Origin: Deltaproteobacteria bacterium
GTDB lineage: Bacteria; Desulfobacterota; Desulfomonilia; UBA1062
Assembly: GCA_015486075.1 (NCBI GenBank)
Contig: WFSG01000040.1
Location: 4,647 to 68,646 of the forward strand
Length of the DNA stretch: 64,000 nucleotides
Direction of reading: 5' to 3'
Position numbers and translations under genes: made by a program. The notes below the pieces were generated by a model, which searched no databases, was not told where the DNA came from, and worked only from the letters and a program-made list of their open reading frames with translations. Within the stretch, counting starts at the first letter, position 1; every line of letters begins with the position of its first letter. Of the stretch, positions 45,097-55,244 are shown in pieces.

Positions 45097-47061
45097 ATGG
45101 GTAAGGGTTACATGGGTAAAATCCTGTTCGTGGACCTGGGCAAAGGCACGTTCCAGGAAGAGGTCGTACCCGACGAGGTTTACGAGAAATACCTTTCAGG
45201 GCAAGGTCTTGGAGCCTACATCCTATACGACAGAATCCCAAAGGATGCCGATCCACTGGGCCCGGATAATATACTGGGCTTTGTCTCGGGGCTTCTCACA
45301 GGGACGGGGAGTCTTTTCACTGGCAGGTGGATGGTTGTAGGCAAGTCTCCCATTACGGGCGGCTGGGGAGATGCCAACTGCGGTGGAACTCTCTCCCCCG
45401 CAATAAAACGATGCGGATACGATGGCATATTCATAAAGGGCGTAAGCAAAAAGCCGGTATACCTCTTCGTTGACAATGGCAAGCCAGAGATCAGGGATGC
45501 ATCCCATCTTTGGGGCAAGGACACGGTTGAAACAGAAGAACTGCTGATAAAGGAGATTGGCAAGAAGAATACCCGCGTTGCATGCATAGGCCCAGCAGGC
45601 GAACGCCTATCACTGATAGCCGGTATAGCAAACGACAAGGGTAGGATTGCAGCGCGCTCTGGCCTAGGGGCTGTCATGGGTTCAAAGAAACTGAAGGCAA
45701 TAGTCCTGTCAGGGGCCAAGCGAATAACGCCAAGAAACAGGGATGAAATAAAGAGGTTAAGCTCAAAGCTCAACAAGATCGTCCAGTTGAAGCTCCCGTT
45801 CCCATCTGGTCCAATGACTGCGTACGTCGGAACCCTCATTGGAAAGATGCCAACACAAATGGTACAGGATGGCCTACTCTACAAGTCATTGTTACAGAAA
45901 TGGGGTACGGGGAGTATGAACCAGATGTCCATAGAGATGGGTGATTCACCAATAAAGAACTGGAAGGGAAGCAACGAGGACTTTGGGCTAAGCATCTCAA
46001 AGGCCACGAACCCGGACGTATTCAAAGAGAGAGAGATGGTGAAATACCACTGCTATTCATGCCCGCTAGGTTGCGGAGGCATATGTACCATGCCGAGCAA
46101 GTACGACAGTTATGAAGAGACTCACAAGCCCGAATACGAGACAGTACTTGTATTCGGAGGGCTTGTCATGAACAAGGACGCGGACAGCATCTTTTACCTT
46201 AACGAGCTTATGAACAGGGCAGGCATGGATAGTATATCAGCGGGTGGTAGCATTGCATTTGCAATCGAGTGCTTCGAAAACGGCATACTCACAAAGGATG
46301 ACACAGATGGACTTGAACTCACTTGGGGTAATACAGAGGCCATAATAGCACTTGCAAAAAAGATCATTGCAAGGGAGGGGATCGGTGACCTGCTTGCCGA
46401 CGGCCCAAAGGTAGCAGCAGAAAAAATAGGCAAGGATTCAATCAATTACGCAATACAGGCAGGCGGACAGGCACTTCCTATGCACGACGGCAGGAACGAC
46501 CCAGGCTTTGCACTTCATTATAGTGTGGAACCCACGCCCGGTAGACATACCATAGGTGCACAGCTCTACTACGAGATGTACCAGCTGTGGAAGAAGGTAA
46601 AGAGCCTGCCAAAGCCAAAGTTTATCTACCACAAGGATACCAAGTACGTGGCTGACAAGCAGAAAGCCATCATGGCGGCTGCGTGCAGCAAGTATAATCA
46701 ACTATACAACGGGGCTGGCCTGTGTCTATTTGGGGCATTTATCGGTGCGTCCAGGTTACCCATATTTGAGTGGCTGAATGCGGCAACTGGCTGGAGCAAG
46801 TCACCAGAGGAATACATGGAGATAGGGGAACGCATACAGACATTAAGGCAGGCATTCAACATAAAACATGGTGTTGACCCGAAGAACTTCAAGGCAAGCG
46901 AACGTGCCTTGGGAAGACCGCCTCTGGAAAAGGGTGTCAACAAGGGTAGATCGGTAGACATTGAGAAAATGATGGCTGACTACTGGGAGACCTTTGGCTG
47001 GGACGCGGAATCTGGGAAACCCACAAAGGAAACAATGGATAGGCTTGGCCTTAACCAATAA
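45097..47061 (+). CDS. aldehyde:ferredoxin oxidoreductase (tungsten/molybdopterin AOR family)
   Basis: 654 aa; N-terminal AFOR_N (ILFVDLGKGTF...); C-terminal AFOR_C with conserved cysteines (CYSCPLGCGGIC). Confidence 0.85.
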   Translation: MGKGYMGKILFVDLGKGTFQEEVVPDEVYEKYLSGQGLGAYILYDRIPKDADPLGPDNILGFVSGLLTGTGSLFTGRWMVVGKSPITGGWGDANCGGTLSPAIKRCGYDGIFIKGVSKKPVYLFVDNGKPEIRDASHLWGKDTVETEELLIKEIGKKNTRVACIGPAGERLSLIAGIANDKGRIAARSGLGAVMGSKKLKAIVLSGAKRITPRNRDEIKRLSSKLNKIVQLKLPFPSGPMTAYVGTLIGKMPTQMVQDGLLYKSLLQKWGTGSMNQMSIEMGDSPIKNWKGSNEDFGLSISKATNPDVFKEREMVKYHCYSCPLGCGGICTMPSKYDSYEETHKPEYETVLVFGGLVMNKDADSIFYLNELMNRAGMDSISAGGSIAFAIECFENGILTKDDTDGLELTWGNTEAIIALAKKIIAREGIGDLLADGPKVAAEKIGKDSINYAIQAGGQALPMHDGRNDPGFALHYSVEPTPGRHTIGAQLYYEMYQLWKKVKSLPKPKFIYHKDTKYVADKQKAIMAAACSKYNQLYNGAGLCLFGAFIGASRLPIFEWLNAATGWSKSPEEYMEIGERIQTLRQAFNIKHGVDPKNFKASERALGRPPLEKGVNKGRSVDIEKMMADYWETFGWDAESGKPTKETMDRLGLNQ

Positions 47062-47093
47062 CAAACTGATAAACATATGCGTGGAGGAGAAAC

Positions 47094-47519
47094 ATGCCAT
47101 ATACTATAACCGATGCCTGCACAGGCTGCACCGCCTGCGTGAGAAAATGCCCCGTAGGGGCAATCACTGGGGAAAGAAAAAAGGTACACAAGATAGACCC
47201 GGACCTTTGCATAGAATGTGGTGTATGCGGCAGGACATGCCCTGTAAACGGTGCTATCCTAGACCAGCTGGGTAATGCATGTACATTTGTCAAACCTGCA
47301 CTATGGCCAAAACCCATGATAAGCATAAAGGACTGCATGTCCTGCAACATTTGCATAGATGCATGCCCTGTGGGATGTCTTTCCCTTTCCAAGGGAGCTG
47401 GTCCTGGAAACAATCATGGCTACCCTTACCTCAGCGATGAAAAGGCATGTATAGGATGTAGTTTCTGTGCCGTTGAATGTCCTGTTGATGCAATAACCAT
47501 GACAGCTCCAATGGAATAG
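47094..47519 (+). CDS. polyferredoxin (four CxxCxxCxxxCP motifs; up to four 4Fe-4S clusters)
   Basis: CTGCTACVRKCP, CIECGVCGRTCP, CMSCNICIDACP, CIGCSFCAVECP. It sits immediately downstream of AOR, its likely electron acceptor. Confidence 0.85.
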   Translation: MPYTITDACTGCTACVRKCPVGAITGERKKVHKIDPDLCIECGVCGRTCPVNGAILDQLGNACTFVKPALWPKPMISIKDCMSCNICIDACPVGCLSLSKGAGPGNNHGYPYLSDEKACIGCSFCAVECPVDAITMTAPME

Positions 47520-47662
47520 TTCTATACACGGGCATCTAGTTTAAACACAAATGTCAGGTGCCAAAGAGGCCTTACAGGGGCGCCACTTGTTCCCATGTGC
47601 AAGTCTCAGGGTATAAGGCTATAACCCTGGTAACCAGTAAGGTAGGCAAGGGAGAGATATCT

Positions 47663-48871
47663 ATGAAGGCTATCTACTTTGACAACAACATACTAAAGAT
47701 AGCCATGTTGAACCTTACTTCTAAATTCAACAGGTATGCCGCACTAGGGAGTTTCTCTCCTACCAGGTATACTGACGTACCTGAGCCAGAGATTCCTAAT
47801 CCAAGGTGGATCAAGGTAAAGAATAAGAGCTGCGGTATTTGCGGGACTGACATACATTTCATATTCATGGAGATGGACCCAAGGTGTTTTCCGGCAGGCG
47901 TGCCAGGGATAGCAAGAAAGTACCTTGGACATGAGATGGTGGGTGAGGTTATCCAGGCGGGATCAGAGGTAGAGAACGTAAGACCTGGGGACAGGGTTGC
48001 ACTCAGGATTGACTGGCCTTCCTGCTTCCAGATGGAAATAGATCCCCCATGTGACCAGTGCAAGAAAGGGAACTACATGCTGTGCGAAAACCTAGGCAAG
48101 GGGCAGCTACCTATACTGGACACGGGTGGCGGGTTTTCGCCGTTCATGGTAATGCACAAAACCCAGCCTTATAAGATTCCTGACACAATAGATGATGATG
48201 ATGCCCTATTACTCGAGCCAACTGCATGTGCCGTGCACGGGGTATTCAAGCATAAACCAGAAAGAGGGGACAGGGTTCTGGTTATAGGCTGTGGCACCAT
48301 CGGGCTTATAACCATAGCAGTGGCAAGGGTAGAGCAAGAGGATGCCAAGATATTTGCACTGGCGCGCTATCCATTCCAGGGAGAGATGGCCAAAAGGCTG
48401 GGTGCAGACGAGGTACTTTTCGAAAATAAAAACATATACAGGGACATAGCAACCAAGACCAATGCAAGCTACTGGAAGGGACATCTTGGAAACGAGATAT
48501 TGCTGGGTGGTTTCGATGTAATATATGACAGCATAGGCAATGACAGGACAATAAATAATTCTCTCAGGTGGACAAAGGCTGGAGGCAATATAGTTATAGT
48601 AGGCATAAACTTTAAACCTGGCCGTATTGACTATACCCCTGTGTGGTATCAGGAAGTCAAGCTTACAGGTATGAATTGTCATGCCAACGAATTTGACGGT
48701 GAAACATCCTTTGACATTGCGGCAAGGCTTATCTCGGAGAAGAAAATAAACCTGAAGGGGCTTATAACCCATAGGTTCCCCCTATCAGAATACAAGGAGG
48801 CAATAAAAACCTTTCTCAACAAAGGGAATACTAAGGCTATTAAGGTGGTGCTTGACCATACAGCACCATGA
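47663..48871 (+). CDS. zinc-dependent alcohol/polyol dehydrogenase (MDR family)
   Basis: CGICGTDIH, GHEMVGEV, a CDQCKKGNYMLC structural Zn site, and VLVIGCGTIGL Rossmann motif. The start was trimmed to the ATG at 47663, which is preceded by GGGAGAG. Confidence 0.8.
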   Translation: MKAIYFDNNILKIAMLNLTSKFNRYAALGSFSPTRYTDVPEPEIPNPRWIKVKNKSCGICGTDIHFIFMEMDPRCFPAGVPGIARKYLGHEMVGEVIQAGSEVENVRPGDRVALRIDWPSCFQMEIDPPCDQCKKGNYMLCENLGKGQLPILDTGGGFSPFMVMHKTQPYKIPDTIDDDDALLLEPTACAVHGVFKHKPERGDRVLVIGCGTIGLITIAVARVEQEDAKIFALARYPFQGEMAKRLGADEVLFENKNIYRDIATKTNASYWKGHLGNEILLGGFDVIYDSIGNDRTINNSLRWTKAGGNIVIVGINFKPGRIDYTPVWYQEVKLTGMNCHANEFDGETSFDIAARLISEKKINLKGLITHRFPLSEYKEAIKTFLNKGNTKAIKVVLDHTAP

Positions 48872-48886
48872 TGATAGACCTTTTCC

Positions 48887-50164
48887 ATGCTTGATATTAA
48901 GACCATAAGACAGAACCCTGCCAAGGTGGAACTGGCACTTAAGACCAGGGGCGAGGTTATAGACATAAGGGGATTACTCAGTCTCGACAAGAAAAGAAGA
49001 GAACTCATCCAAAAGGCAGATGTCCTAAAGGCAAAAAGAAATACCTTCTCCCAGAAAATAGCAAGGTCCAAGGCAGAAGGCAAGGACTACCCCACTATGG
49101 ATACCAAACAAATGAGAGAAATATCCGAGACCATAAAGGATATCGATAGTGAAATACGACAACTCGAGGAAAAAATTAAACTGGTTCTTCTTGAAATACC
49201 TAACATACCACACGAAAGCGTACCCATAGGTGAAAATGAGGAACAGAACAAGATAAAAAGACACTGGGGCGATAAACCAGGGTTTGACTTTATACCAAGA
49301 CCACACTGGGAAATCGGCGAATCACTGGGTATGCTCGATTTTAAAAGGGCTGCAAAGCTATCTGGAGCCAGGTTTTGCCTTTACTGGGGCACTGGCGCAA
49401 GGCTTGAGAGGGCGCTCATAAGCTTCATGTTGGACGTGCATACGAGGGAACACGGCTATACAGAAGTGCTTCCCCCTTTTATGGTAAGTAAGGAGACCAT
49501 GACTGCAACTGGTCAACTCCCCAAGTTCGAGGATGACCTCTTCTCAACCAGAGACCAGTATTACCTAATACCAACAGCTGAGGTGCCGGTGACAAATATT
49601 TACAGAGCCGAGACCATCGACGAAGAGGACCTACCAGTAAAGCTGGTGGCCTACACGCCCTGTTTCAGGAGGGAGGCAGGATCCTACGGCAAAGATACCA
49701 GGGGGCTGACGCGACAACACCAGTTCAACAAGGTAGAGCTAGTGCGCTTTGCACATCCGTCGCACTCCTACGAAGACCTAGAGGAATTAACCTCTGAGGC
49801 AGAGGAGATACTCAGGAGGCTTGGCCTTCATTACAGGGTTGTTACACTATGCACTGGAGACCTCGGCTTCTCAGCGTCCAAAACCTATGACCTCGAGGTA
49901 TGGATGCCAGGTCAGAACAGGTACGTGGAGATATCATCGTGCTCTAACTTCGAGGACTTCCAGGCAAGAAGGGCAAGGATAAGGTATACATCGAGGAAGG
50001 CCAAGAAAAACGGGCTTTGTCATACCCTCAACGGCAGTGGCCTTGCGGTTGGTAGGACCCTTGCGGCCATACTTGAGAACTACCAGTTATCGGACGGCTC
50101 CGTGGAGGTTCCGGATGTGCTTAAGGGTTACATGGGTCTTGACCGAATAGAGGCTATAAGCTAG
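48887..50164 (+). CDS. serS: seryl-tRNA synthetase
   Basis: N-terminal coiled-coil arm plus a class II aaRS core (...FRREAGS..., ...[18 protein letters not shown]); 425 aa. Confidence 0.9.
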   Translation: MLDIKTIRQNPAKVELALKTRGEVIDIRGLLSLDKKRRELIQKADVLKAKRNTFSQKIARSKAEGKDYPTMDTKQMREISETIKDIDSEIRQLEEKIKLVLLEIPNIPHESVPIGENEEQNKIKRHWGDKPGFDFIPRPHWEIGESLGMLDFKRAAKLSGARFCLYWGTGARLERALISFMLDVHTREHGYTEVLPPFMVSKETMTATGQLPKFEDDLFSTRDQYYLIPTAEVPVTNIYRAETIDEEDLPVKLVAYTPCFRREAGSYGKDTRGLTRQHQFNKVELVRFAHPSHSYEDLEELTSEAEEILRRLGLHYRVVTLCTGDLGFSASKTYDLEVWMPGQNRYVEISSCSNFEDFQARRARIRYTSRKAKKNGLCHTLNGSGLAVGRTLAAILENYQLSDGSVEVPDVLKGYMGLDRIEAIS

Positions 50165-50182
50165 TTTATAGCACTAGTACTG

Positions 50183-50270
50183 GGAGGGATGGCCGAGTGG
50201 CTTAAGGCGGCGGTCTTGAAAACCGCTGTACCGTAAGGTACCGTGGGTTCGAATCCTACTCCCTCCGCCA
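50183..50270 (+). tRNA. tRNA-Ser (anticodon TGA)
   Basis: GGAGGGATGGCCGAGTGG...CTTGAAA anticodon loop...long variable arm...GGTTCGAATCC...TCCCTCC-G-CCA. The 7-bp acceptor stem is complementary, and the long extra arm is typical of tRNA-Ser. Confidence 0.85.
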
Positions 50271-50277
50271 ATATCAT

Positions 50278-50369
50278 GGAGAGATGGCCGAGTGGCTTAA
50301 GGCGCTCGCCTGCTAAGCGAGTGTGGGGCGAAAGCTCCACCGAGGGTTCAAATCCCTCTCTCTCCGCCA
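50278..50369 (+). tRNA. tRNA-Ser (anticodon GCT)
   Basis: GGAGAGATGGCCGAGTGG...CTGCTAA anticodon loop...long variable arm...GGTTCAAATCC...TCTCTCC-G-CCA. Confidence 0.85.
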
Positions 50370-50453
50370 GCAGAGAAGAACCGGGGTTATCTTCTGACTT
50401 AGTATAATAGACCAGAAATAATCCCGGTTTATCGTTATTGAAAGGAAGGATAG

Positions 50454-51530
50454 ATGAAGCTAGGAATAGTGGGACTGCCACTATCAGGTAAAACCACCAT
50501 ATTTAGAGCCCTCTCAGGCAAATCAAAACTGGCAAATACAGACGCGGGCAAAAAAGGGGTTGACATTGCATCTGTGGAAGTAATGGACCAAAGGGTGGAC
50601 AGGCTTTCTTCCATATATGAGCCCCACAAGGTGACTCGTGCCAGGTTCGAGGTGGTTGACTTCCCAGCCGTTGAAACAAAGAAAGACAAAAAAGAACTAT
50701 TCACTCCATCGGAGTTGGGCCTCATAAGAACCATTGATGCGTTGTGCATTGTTGTCAGGAACTTCAGGGATCCTCTAGTAGAAGGCTTGTACGGGATACC
50801 AAGGCCCGTTGACGACCTTGAGAGTCTGTACTCGGAGATCGTGCTATCCGACCTGGTTGTTATAGAAAACAGGCTATCTAGCCTTAATAATAAGAGGGAC
50901 AGGGGCAAGAACCAGCCGGACAGGACTACGGAGATGGAGTTACTTGAAAGGATAAGGCATAGCCTTGAGCTGGGCTTGGACCTAAATAACCTCGGACTCC
51001 AGGAAAAAGAAAGAAAAATCGTTTCAGGCTACCAGTTCCTGACCCTGAAGCCCACCATGGTCTTACTTAACTCGGACGAGGCCAACTTTGGCACTAACAG
51101 TGACCTTATAAAGGAAATAGAAAAGAGGTTCAGGACCATGGAGATAGCCGGAAGGTTCGAGATGGAGCTCTCAGACCTGGACAGTGATGATATCTCAGAG
51201 TTAATGGAAGAGTTGGGCCTTGATTTCTCTGCACTGGACAGGCTTACCACCCTGGCGTACGAGGTGCTGGGCTACATAAGCTTCTTCACCGTTGGAAAGG
51301 ACGAGGTAAGGGCATGGACAATAAAGAAAGGTGCCACTGCAGTAGATGCAGCAGGAGTGATACACTCGGACATCGCAAAGGGATTCATAAGGGCTGAGTG
51401 CTTCAGTTACGATGACCTAGTGGCAGCAGGATCGGAGAAAGAGTTGAGAAGAAAAGGTCTCATCCGGTTGGAGGGAAAGGATTACAAGGTAAAAGACGGG
51501 GACATTCTGAATATAAGGTTCAATGTATAG
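50454..51530 (+). CDS. Obg/YchF-family P-loop GTPase/ATPase with C-terminal TGS domain
   Basis: Walker A GLPLSGKTT at the N-terminus and a C-terminal TGS-like beta-grasp (GKDYKVKDGDILNIRFNV). Divergent from canonical YchF (GLPNVGKST). Confidence 0.6.
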   Translation: MKLGIVGLPLSGKTTIFRALSGKSKLANTDAGKKGVDIASVEVMDQRVDRLSSIYEPHKVTRARFEVVDFPAVETKKDKKELFTPSELGLIRTIDALCIVVRNFRDPLVEGLYGIPRPVDDLESLYSEIVLSDLVVIENRLSSLNNKRDRGKNQPDRTTEMELLERIRHSLELGLDLNNLGLQEKERKIVSGYQFLTLKPTMVLLNSDEANFGTNSDLIKEIEKRFRTMEIAGRFEMELSDLDSDDISELMEELGLDFSALDRLTTLAYEVLGYISFFTVGKDEVRAWTIKKGATAVDAAGVIHSDIAKGFIRAECFSYDDLVAAGSEKELRRKGLIRLEGKDYKVKDGDILNIRFNV

Positions 51531-51559
51531 ACCATTTAATAGAGTACTAACCTAGCTTC

Positions 51560-54109
51560 CTAGTGGGCATGGTACCAGCTCCCACCCATACCCATGTCTA
51601 CCTTGATAGGAACAGATAGTGGATATGCCCCCTCCATCTCCTCTTTTACCATGGAGGAAACTCTTTCTACCTCGCTTTCCTCTACTTCAAACACGAGTTC
51701 ATCGTGCACTTGGATTATCATCTTGCTCTTTAGCCCCTTAAGCCTGGAATGTATCCTTACCATAGCCATTTTTATTATATCGGCTGCACTACCCTGTACC
51801 GGGGTATTCACGGCTATCCTCTTGGCCGCTTCTCTCTCGTTGAAGTTCACGGAGTTTATACCGGGTATAGAGCGTCTCCTCCCTGCTATGGTGGTGACAA
51901 AACCCTCTTTCTTAGCTGTATCAACTATGCCATCTATATAGGATCTGACCCCTGGATACTTGTCGAGGTAGTTTTCTATGTAGCGCCTTGCCATGTCTCT
52001 TGGTATGCCGAGTTCTCCGGCCAGCCTGTGTGCACTCATTCCGTATATAATGCCAAAGTTTATCGTCTTTGCCTTTCTCCTCTCGTCCTCGTTTACCTGG
52101 TCCAGCGAGACGCCAAATATCTCTGATGCTGTCCTTGCATGAATATCAATATCATTTAGAAAAGAGTCCACTAGTGCCTTATCACCTGTTATATGGGCAA
52201 GCACCCTCAGCTCTATCTGTGAGTAATCAGCACTCAGTATCCTGAACCCAGCAGGTGCAACAAAGGCTTTCCTTATACGCTTACCTGTCTCTGTTCTCAC
52301 CGGGATGTTCTGAAGGTTGGGTTCAGACGATGATATGCGTCCTGTTGCCGTTACACACTGGTTGAATTTTGCATGAATCCTTCCTGTACGCGGGTTAACC
52401 ATACCGGCAAGCGCATCTATATAGGTATTCTTAAACTTCGTCAGCATCCTGTAATCAAGCACCAGTCCGGGTAATTCATGCCTATACCTTAAGGCCTCCA
52501 GCACTCCGCTATCCGTGGAATAGCCGGTCTTCGTCTTCTTCACGGCTGGAAGGCCCAGTTCTTCAAACAGGATATGTCCAAGCTGACGTGTCGAATTTAT
52601 GTTGAACTTTCTACCGCACATGGAATAGATTTCCTGCTCCAGCCGCTCTATGTCAGCCCTTGTCTCCTCGGATAGACGTGCAAGGATCTCTCTATCAACA
52701 AGTACGCCCCTTGTCTCCATAGCAGCTAGCACGTGCACCAGTGGCATCTCTATGTCCCTGTACACCTTCTCCACACCGAGCCTTTGCATGCATTCTTCAA
52801 GCCTTGACCTCAGAGGTAGCAGTACCTCGGCATGTGATGCAAGGAACACGGCAACATCTTCATTGGAGAGGTCCCTCAAGGAACGTGCGTCTCTCCCACT
52901 GCCCAATATGTCCCTTTTACTGTCGAGGCCAATGCCTAGGTATGCCTTGGATAGGTCTTCAATCTTTGTAACGTTCGAGGTCGCATCGCAGCAGTAAGAA
53001 CTTATCATTGTATCAAAAAACCTCGCCCTTGATTCAATGCCTGAACTCTTTGCCTCGACAATAGCCTGTTTTGCATCGTGGATGGTTATCTCCATGCCTT
53101 CTTCCCCGAGCAGGGCCAAGTACTTGCTAGCATCCAAGCATACAACGTTCTCTTGCCCGTTGTTCAGGGCCGATCCAAGCCCAGACACCACGTACATGCC
53201 TGCAGGCTTGGACACGTCCCACTGGCAATCGTATCTAAAGGTTGTCTCAATGCTTTCAGGCCGGTAGACAGATTTTAACTCCCTGAGTAATTCCTTGAAC
53301 TCGAGCTCCCTGAAAACATCTGCAAGTACATTCTCATCTCTCTTTCCCACCTGTAAATCATCAAGCCCAACATCAAGTTCAATGTCTCTATCAAGCCTTA
53401 CAAGCTCCAGCCCGGAGAGTGCCTTTTCTGCGCCTGCCTTCATCAATTCCCTGAGCCTGTCCTGTTTTATATTGTCAACACTATTCAGGATTTCGTCAAG
53501 GTGTCCAATCCCGTTTATAAGGGTTATAGCGCCCTTGGCACCTACACCGCTTACGCCAGGTATATTATCCGAGCTGTCTCCCATGATGGCTAGAAGGTCG
53601 GGTATGTACTCTGGATACACTCCGAACTTCTCCTTTACGGCATCGGCATCGTAGAACCTGTTCTTCAGCGTGTCCCACACCTTCACCCCATCTCCAACGA
53701 GCTGCATCAGATCCTTGTCCCCTGATACGATTATTATTTCAGCCCTATGCCTGAATCTCCTCGCAAGCGTGGCTATTATATCGTCTGCCTCGTACCCTTC
53801 TTTCTGTATGATAGGTATACCAAGGGCGCCGACGATCTTGAGTATAAAGGAAAATTGAGCCTCAAGATCTTCGGGCATCTTGTGTCTCGTTGCCTTGTAT
53901 TCCTTGTATACAAGGTGCCTAAGTGTGGGGCCCACGGAGTCAAGGACAAACGCCATGTGTGATGGATTCCTCTCCCTTTGTATCTTTAAAAGCATGCGAG
54001 TCAGGATATAGATGGCATTGGTGGGCAACCCACTAGAGGTGCTAAGCCCCCTCATGGCATAGAAAGCCCTGTATATGTAGGAACTACCATCCAGCAGATA
54101 TATTTCCAT
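51560..54109 (-). CDS. polA: DNA polymerase I
   Basis: 849 aa. N-terminal 5'-3' exonuclease (MEIYLLDGSSYIYRAFYA), a central 3'-5' exo-like region, and polymerase motifs (...RRRSIPGINSVN..., ...IIQVHDELVFEV). Confidence 0.9.
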   Translation of the reverse strand: MEIYLLDGSSYIYRAFYAMRGLSTSSGLPTNAIYILTRMLLKIQRERNPSHMAFVLDSVGPTLRHLVYKEYKATRHKMPEDLEAQFSFILKIVGALGIPIIQKEGYEADDIIATLARRFRHRAEIIIVSGDKDLMQLVGDGVKVWDTLKNRFYDADAVKEKFGVYPEYIPDLLAIMGDSSDNIPGVSGVGAKGAITLINGIGHLDEILNSVDNIKQDRLRELMKAGAEKALSGLELVRLDRDIELDVGLDDLQVGKRDENVLADVFRELEFKELLRELKSVYRPESIETTFRYDCQWDVSKPAGMYVVSGLGSALNNGQENVVCLDASKYLALLGEEGMEITIHDAKQAIVEAKSSGIESRARFFDTMISSYCCDATSNVTKIEDLSKAYLGIGLDSKRDILGSGRDARSLRDLSNEDVAVFLASHAEVLLPLRSRLEECMQRLGVEKVYRDIEMPLVHVLAAMETRGVLVDREILARLSEETRADIERLEQEIYSMCGRKFNINSTRQLGHILFEELGLPAVKKTKTGYSTDSGVLEALRYRHELPGLVLDYRMLTKFKNTYIDALAGMVNPRTGRIHAKFNQCVTATGRISSSEPNLQNIPVRTETGKRIRKAFVAPAGFRILSADYSQIELRVLAHITGDKALVDSFLNDIDIHARTASEIFGVSLDQVNEDERRKAKTINFGIIYGMSAHRLAGELGIPRDMARRYIENYLDKYPGVRSYIDGIVDTAKKEGFVTTIAGRRRSIPGINSVNFNEREAAKRIAVNTPVQGSAADIIKMAMVRIHSRLKGLKSKMIIQVHDELVFEVEESEVERVSSMVKEEMEGAYPLSVPIKVDMGMGGSWYHAH

Positions 54110-54120
54110 GTCAGACTATC

Positions 54121-54591
54121 TCATTTGTACAGGAGGCCCTTGTCCTCACCCTTTCTCCAACTAGAATAATCACCTATTATAATCGCATGGTCAAAGGCTA
54201 CATCCTGTGGAAGATTGTCCAAGGAAAAGATCCCTGCATTTGCAGCATCGTCACCTGCCGCTAGCCTACCCCGGCCCTGGGCCACGAATACGGTAGTAAT
54301 GGTATGTCCCCTCGGGTCCCTGTCCGGTGATGAATACACATGAAACATGCGCAAGTTCTCAAGCCTAAGTCCTGTCTCTTCCCTTGCCTCACGGATTGCT
54401 GCATGTTCAACGCTCTCACCGTAATCCACGAATCCCCCTGGAAGTGCCCAGCCCGCGGGTGGATTCTTCCTATATACCATAACGATGCCACCTTTGTACT
54501 CTATTATTATGTCAACCGTTGGTACAGGGTTACTGTAAACTACTATGCCATGCCCGCAATTCGGGCAAGTGATGGTCTTTGTCGCTGACAT
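54121..54591 (-). CDS. NUDIX hydrolase with N-terminal zinc ribbon
   Basis: CPNCGH N-terminus and Nudix box [24 protein letters not shown]; 156 aa. Confidence 0.8.
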   Translation of the reverse strand: MSATKTITCPNCGHGIVVYSNPVPTVDIIIEYKGGIVMVYRKNPPAGWALPGGFVDYGESVEHAAIREAREETGLRLENLRMFHVYSSPDRDPRGHTITTVFVAQGRGRLAAGDDAANAGIFSLDNLPQDVAFDHAIIIGDYSSWRKGEDKGLLYK

Positions 54592-55244
54592 CAGCCTTCA
54601 CTCATCCGAATGGACACGGAGATACCCTGGGAGTCATCTACGTATACATCTGCAATGGAGGCCAGGTCTCTGAAAATATTACCCAGTGCATCCTTGATCC
54701 TGGTTTCAGTCCCTGCATCAGGACACGTTATCTTCACGGTACACCCATCCAGGATAATCCTTATCACCCTACCCTTGTCCGTATTGTCTATTATAGTCTC
54801 TATCGCCTCCACAACAGCGGATGAGAGTACATTGTAATCTATCTTTACATAGCATGAACCCTGGGTGTCTATCTGTAGCTCCATCTTTGTATCGTGCTTG
54901 AACCTCATATCGGACATCAGGAAATCGGTCTCCATCCTTAGATATTCCCTCAGGTCTATTGCATCAATATCGCCCTGTGCCATCTGGATCTTGTAGCTAA
55001 TCGCCTTCAATATAGAGTTTATCCTCTCGGCCCCTTCAAGTATGGATGCCAGATCCTCGCTGTTCTTTTTTACTATCTTCTTTATCTCCTGGGCTTGCAT
55101 GCCGTCCATCTCCCCAAGCATGTCATTCCTTGCCTCTATGAGCTGCGACCTGCCCATTATCCACATGAGGGGTGTATTGAGGTTGTGTACCATCCCACCG
55201 AGAAGTGAGCCAGCCTGGTTGAGCACCCTCTGTTTCGGGTTCAT
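54591..55244 (-). CDS. histidine-kinase-like protein (HisKA-like H-box with short/degenerate ATPase domain)
   Basis: H-box-like [20 protein letters not shown], followed by an about 150-aa region with N-box-like ([18 protein letters not shown]) and D-box-like (VKITCPDAG) elements but no recognisable G2 box. The start overlaps the aminopeptidase stop. Confidence 0.4.
   Translation of the reverse strand: MNPKQRVLNQAGSLLGGMVHNLNTPLMWIMGRSQLIEARNDMLGEMDGMQAQEIKKIVKKNSEDLASILEGAERINSILKAISYKIQMAQGDIDAIDLREYLRMETDFLMSDMRFKHDTKMELQIDTQGSCYVKIDYNVLSSAVVEAIETIIDNTDKGRVIRIILDGCTVKITCPDAGTETRIKDALGNIFRDLASIADVYVDDSQGISVSIRMSEG

Noticed and set aside
50165-50453. Integrase or mobile element inserted at the tRNA-Ser genes
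   Set aside because: No integrase or recombinase ORF and no direct repeat of the tRNA 3' end within the window. The flanking genes serS and the YchF-like GTPase are housekeeping.
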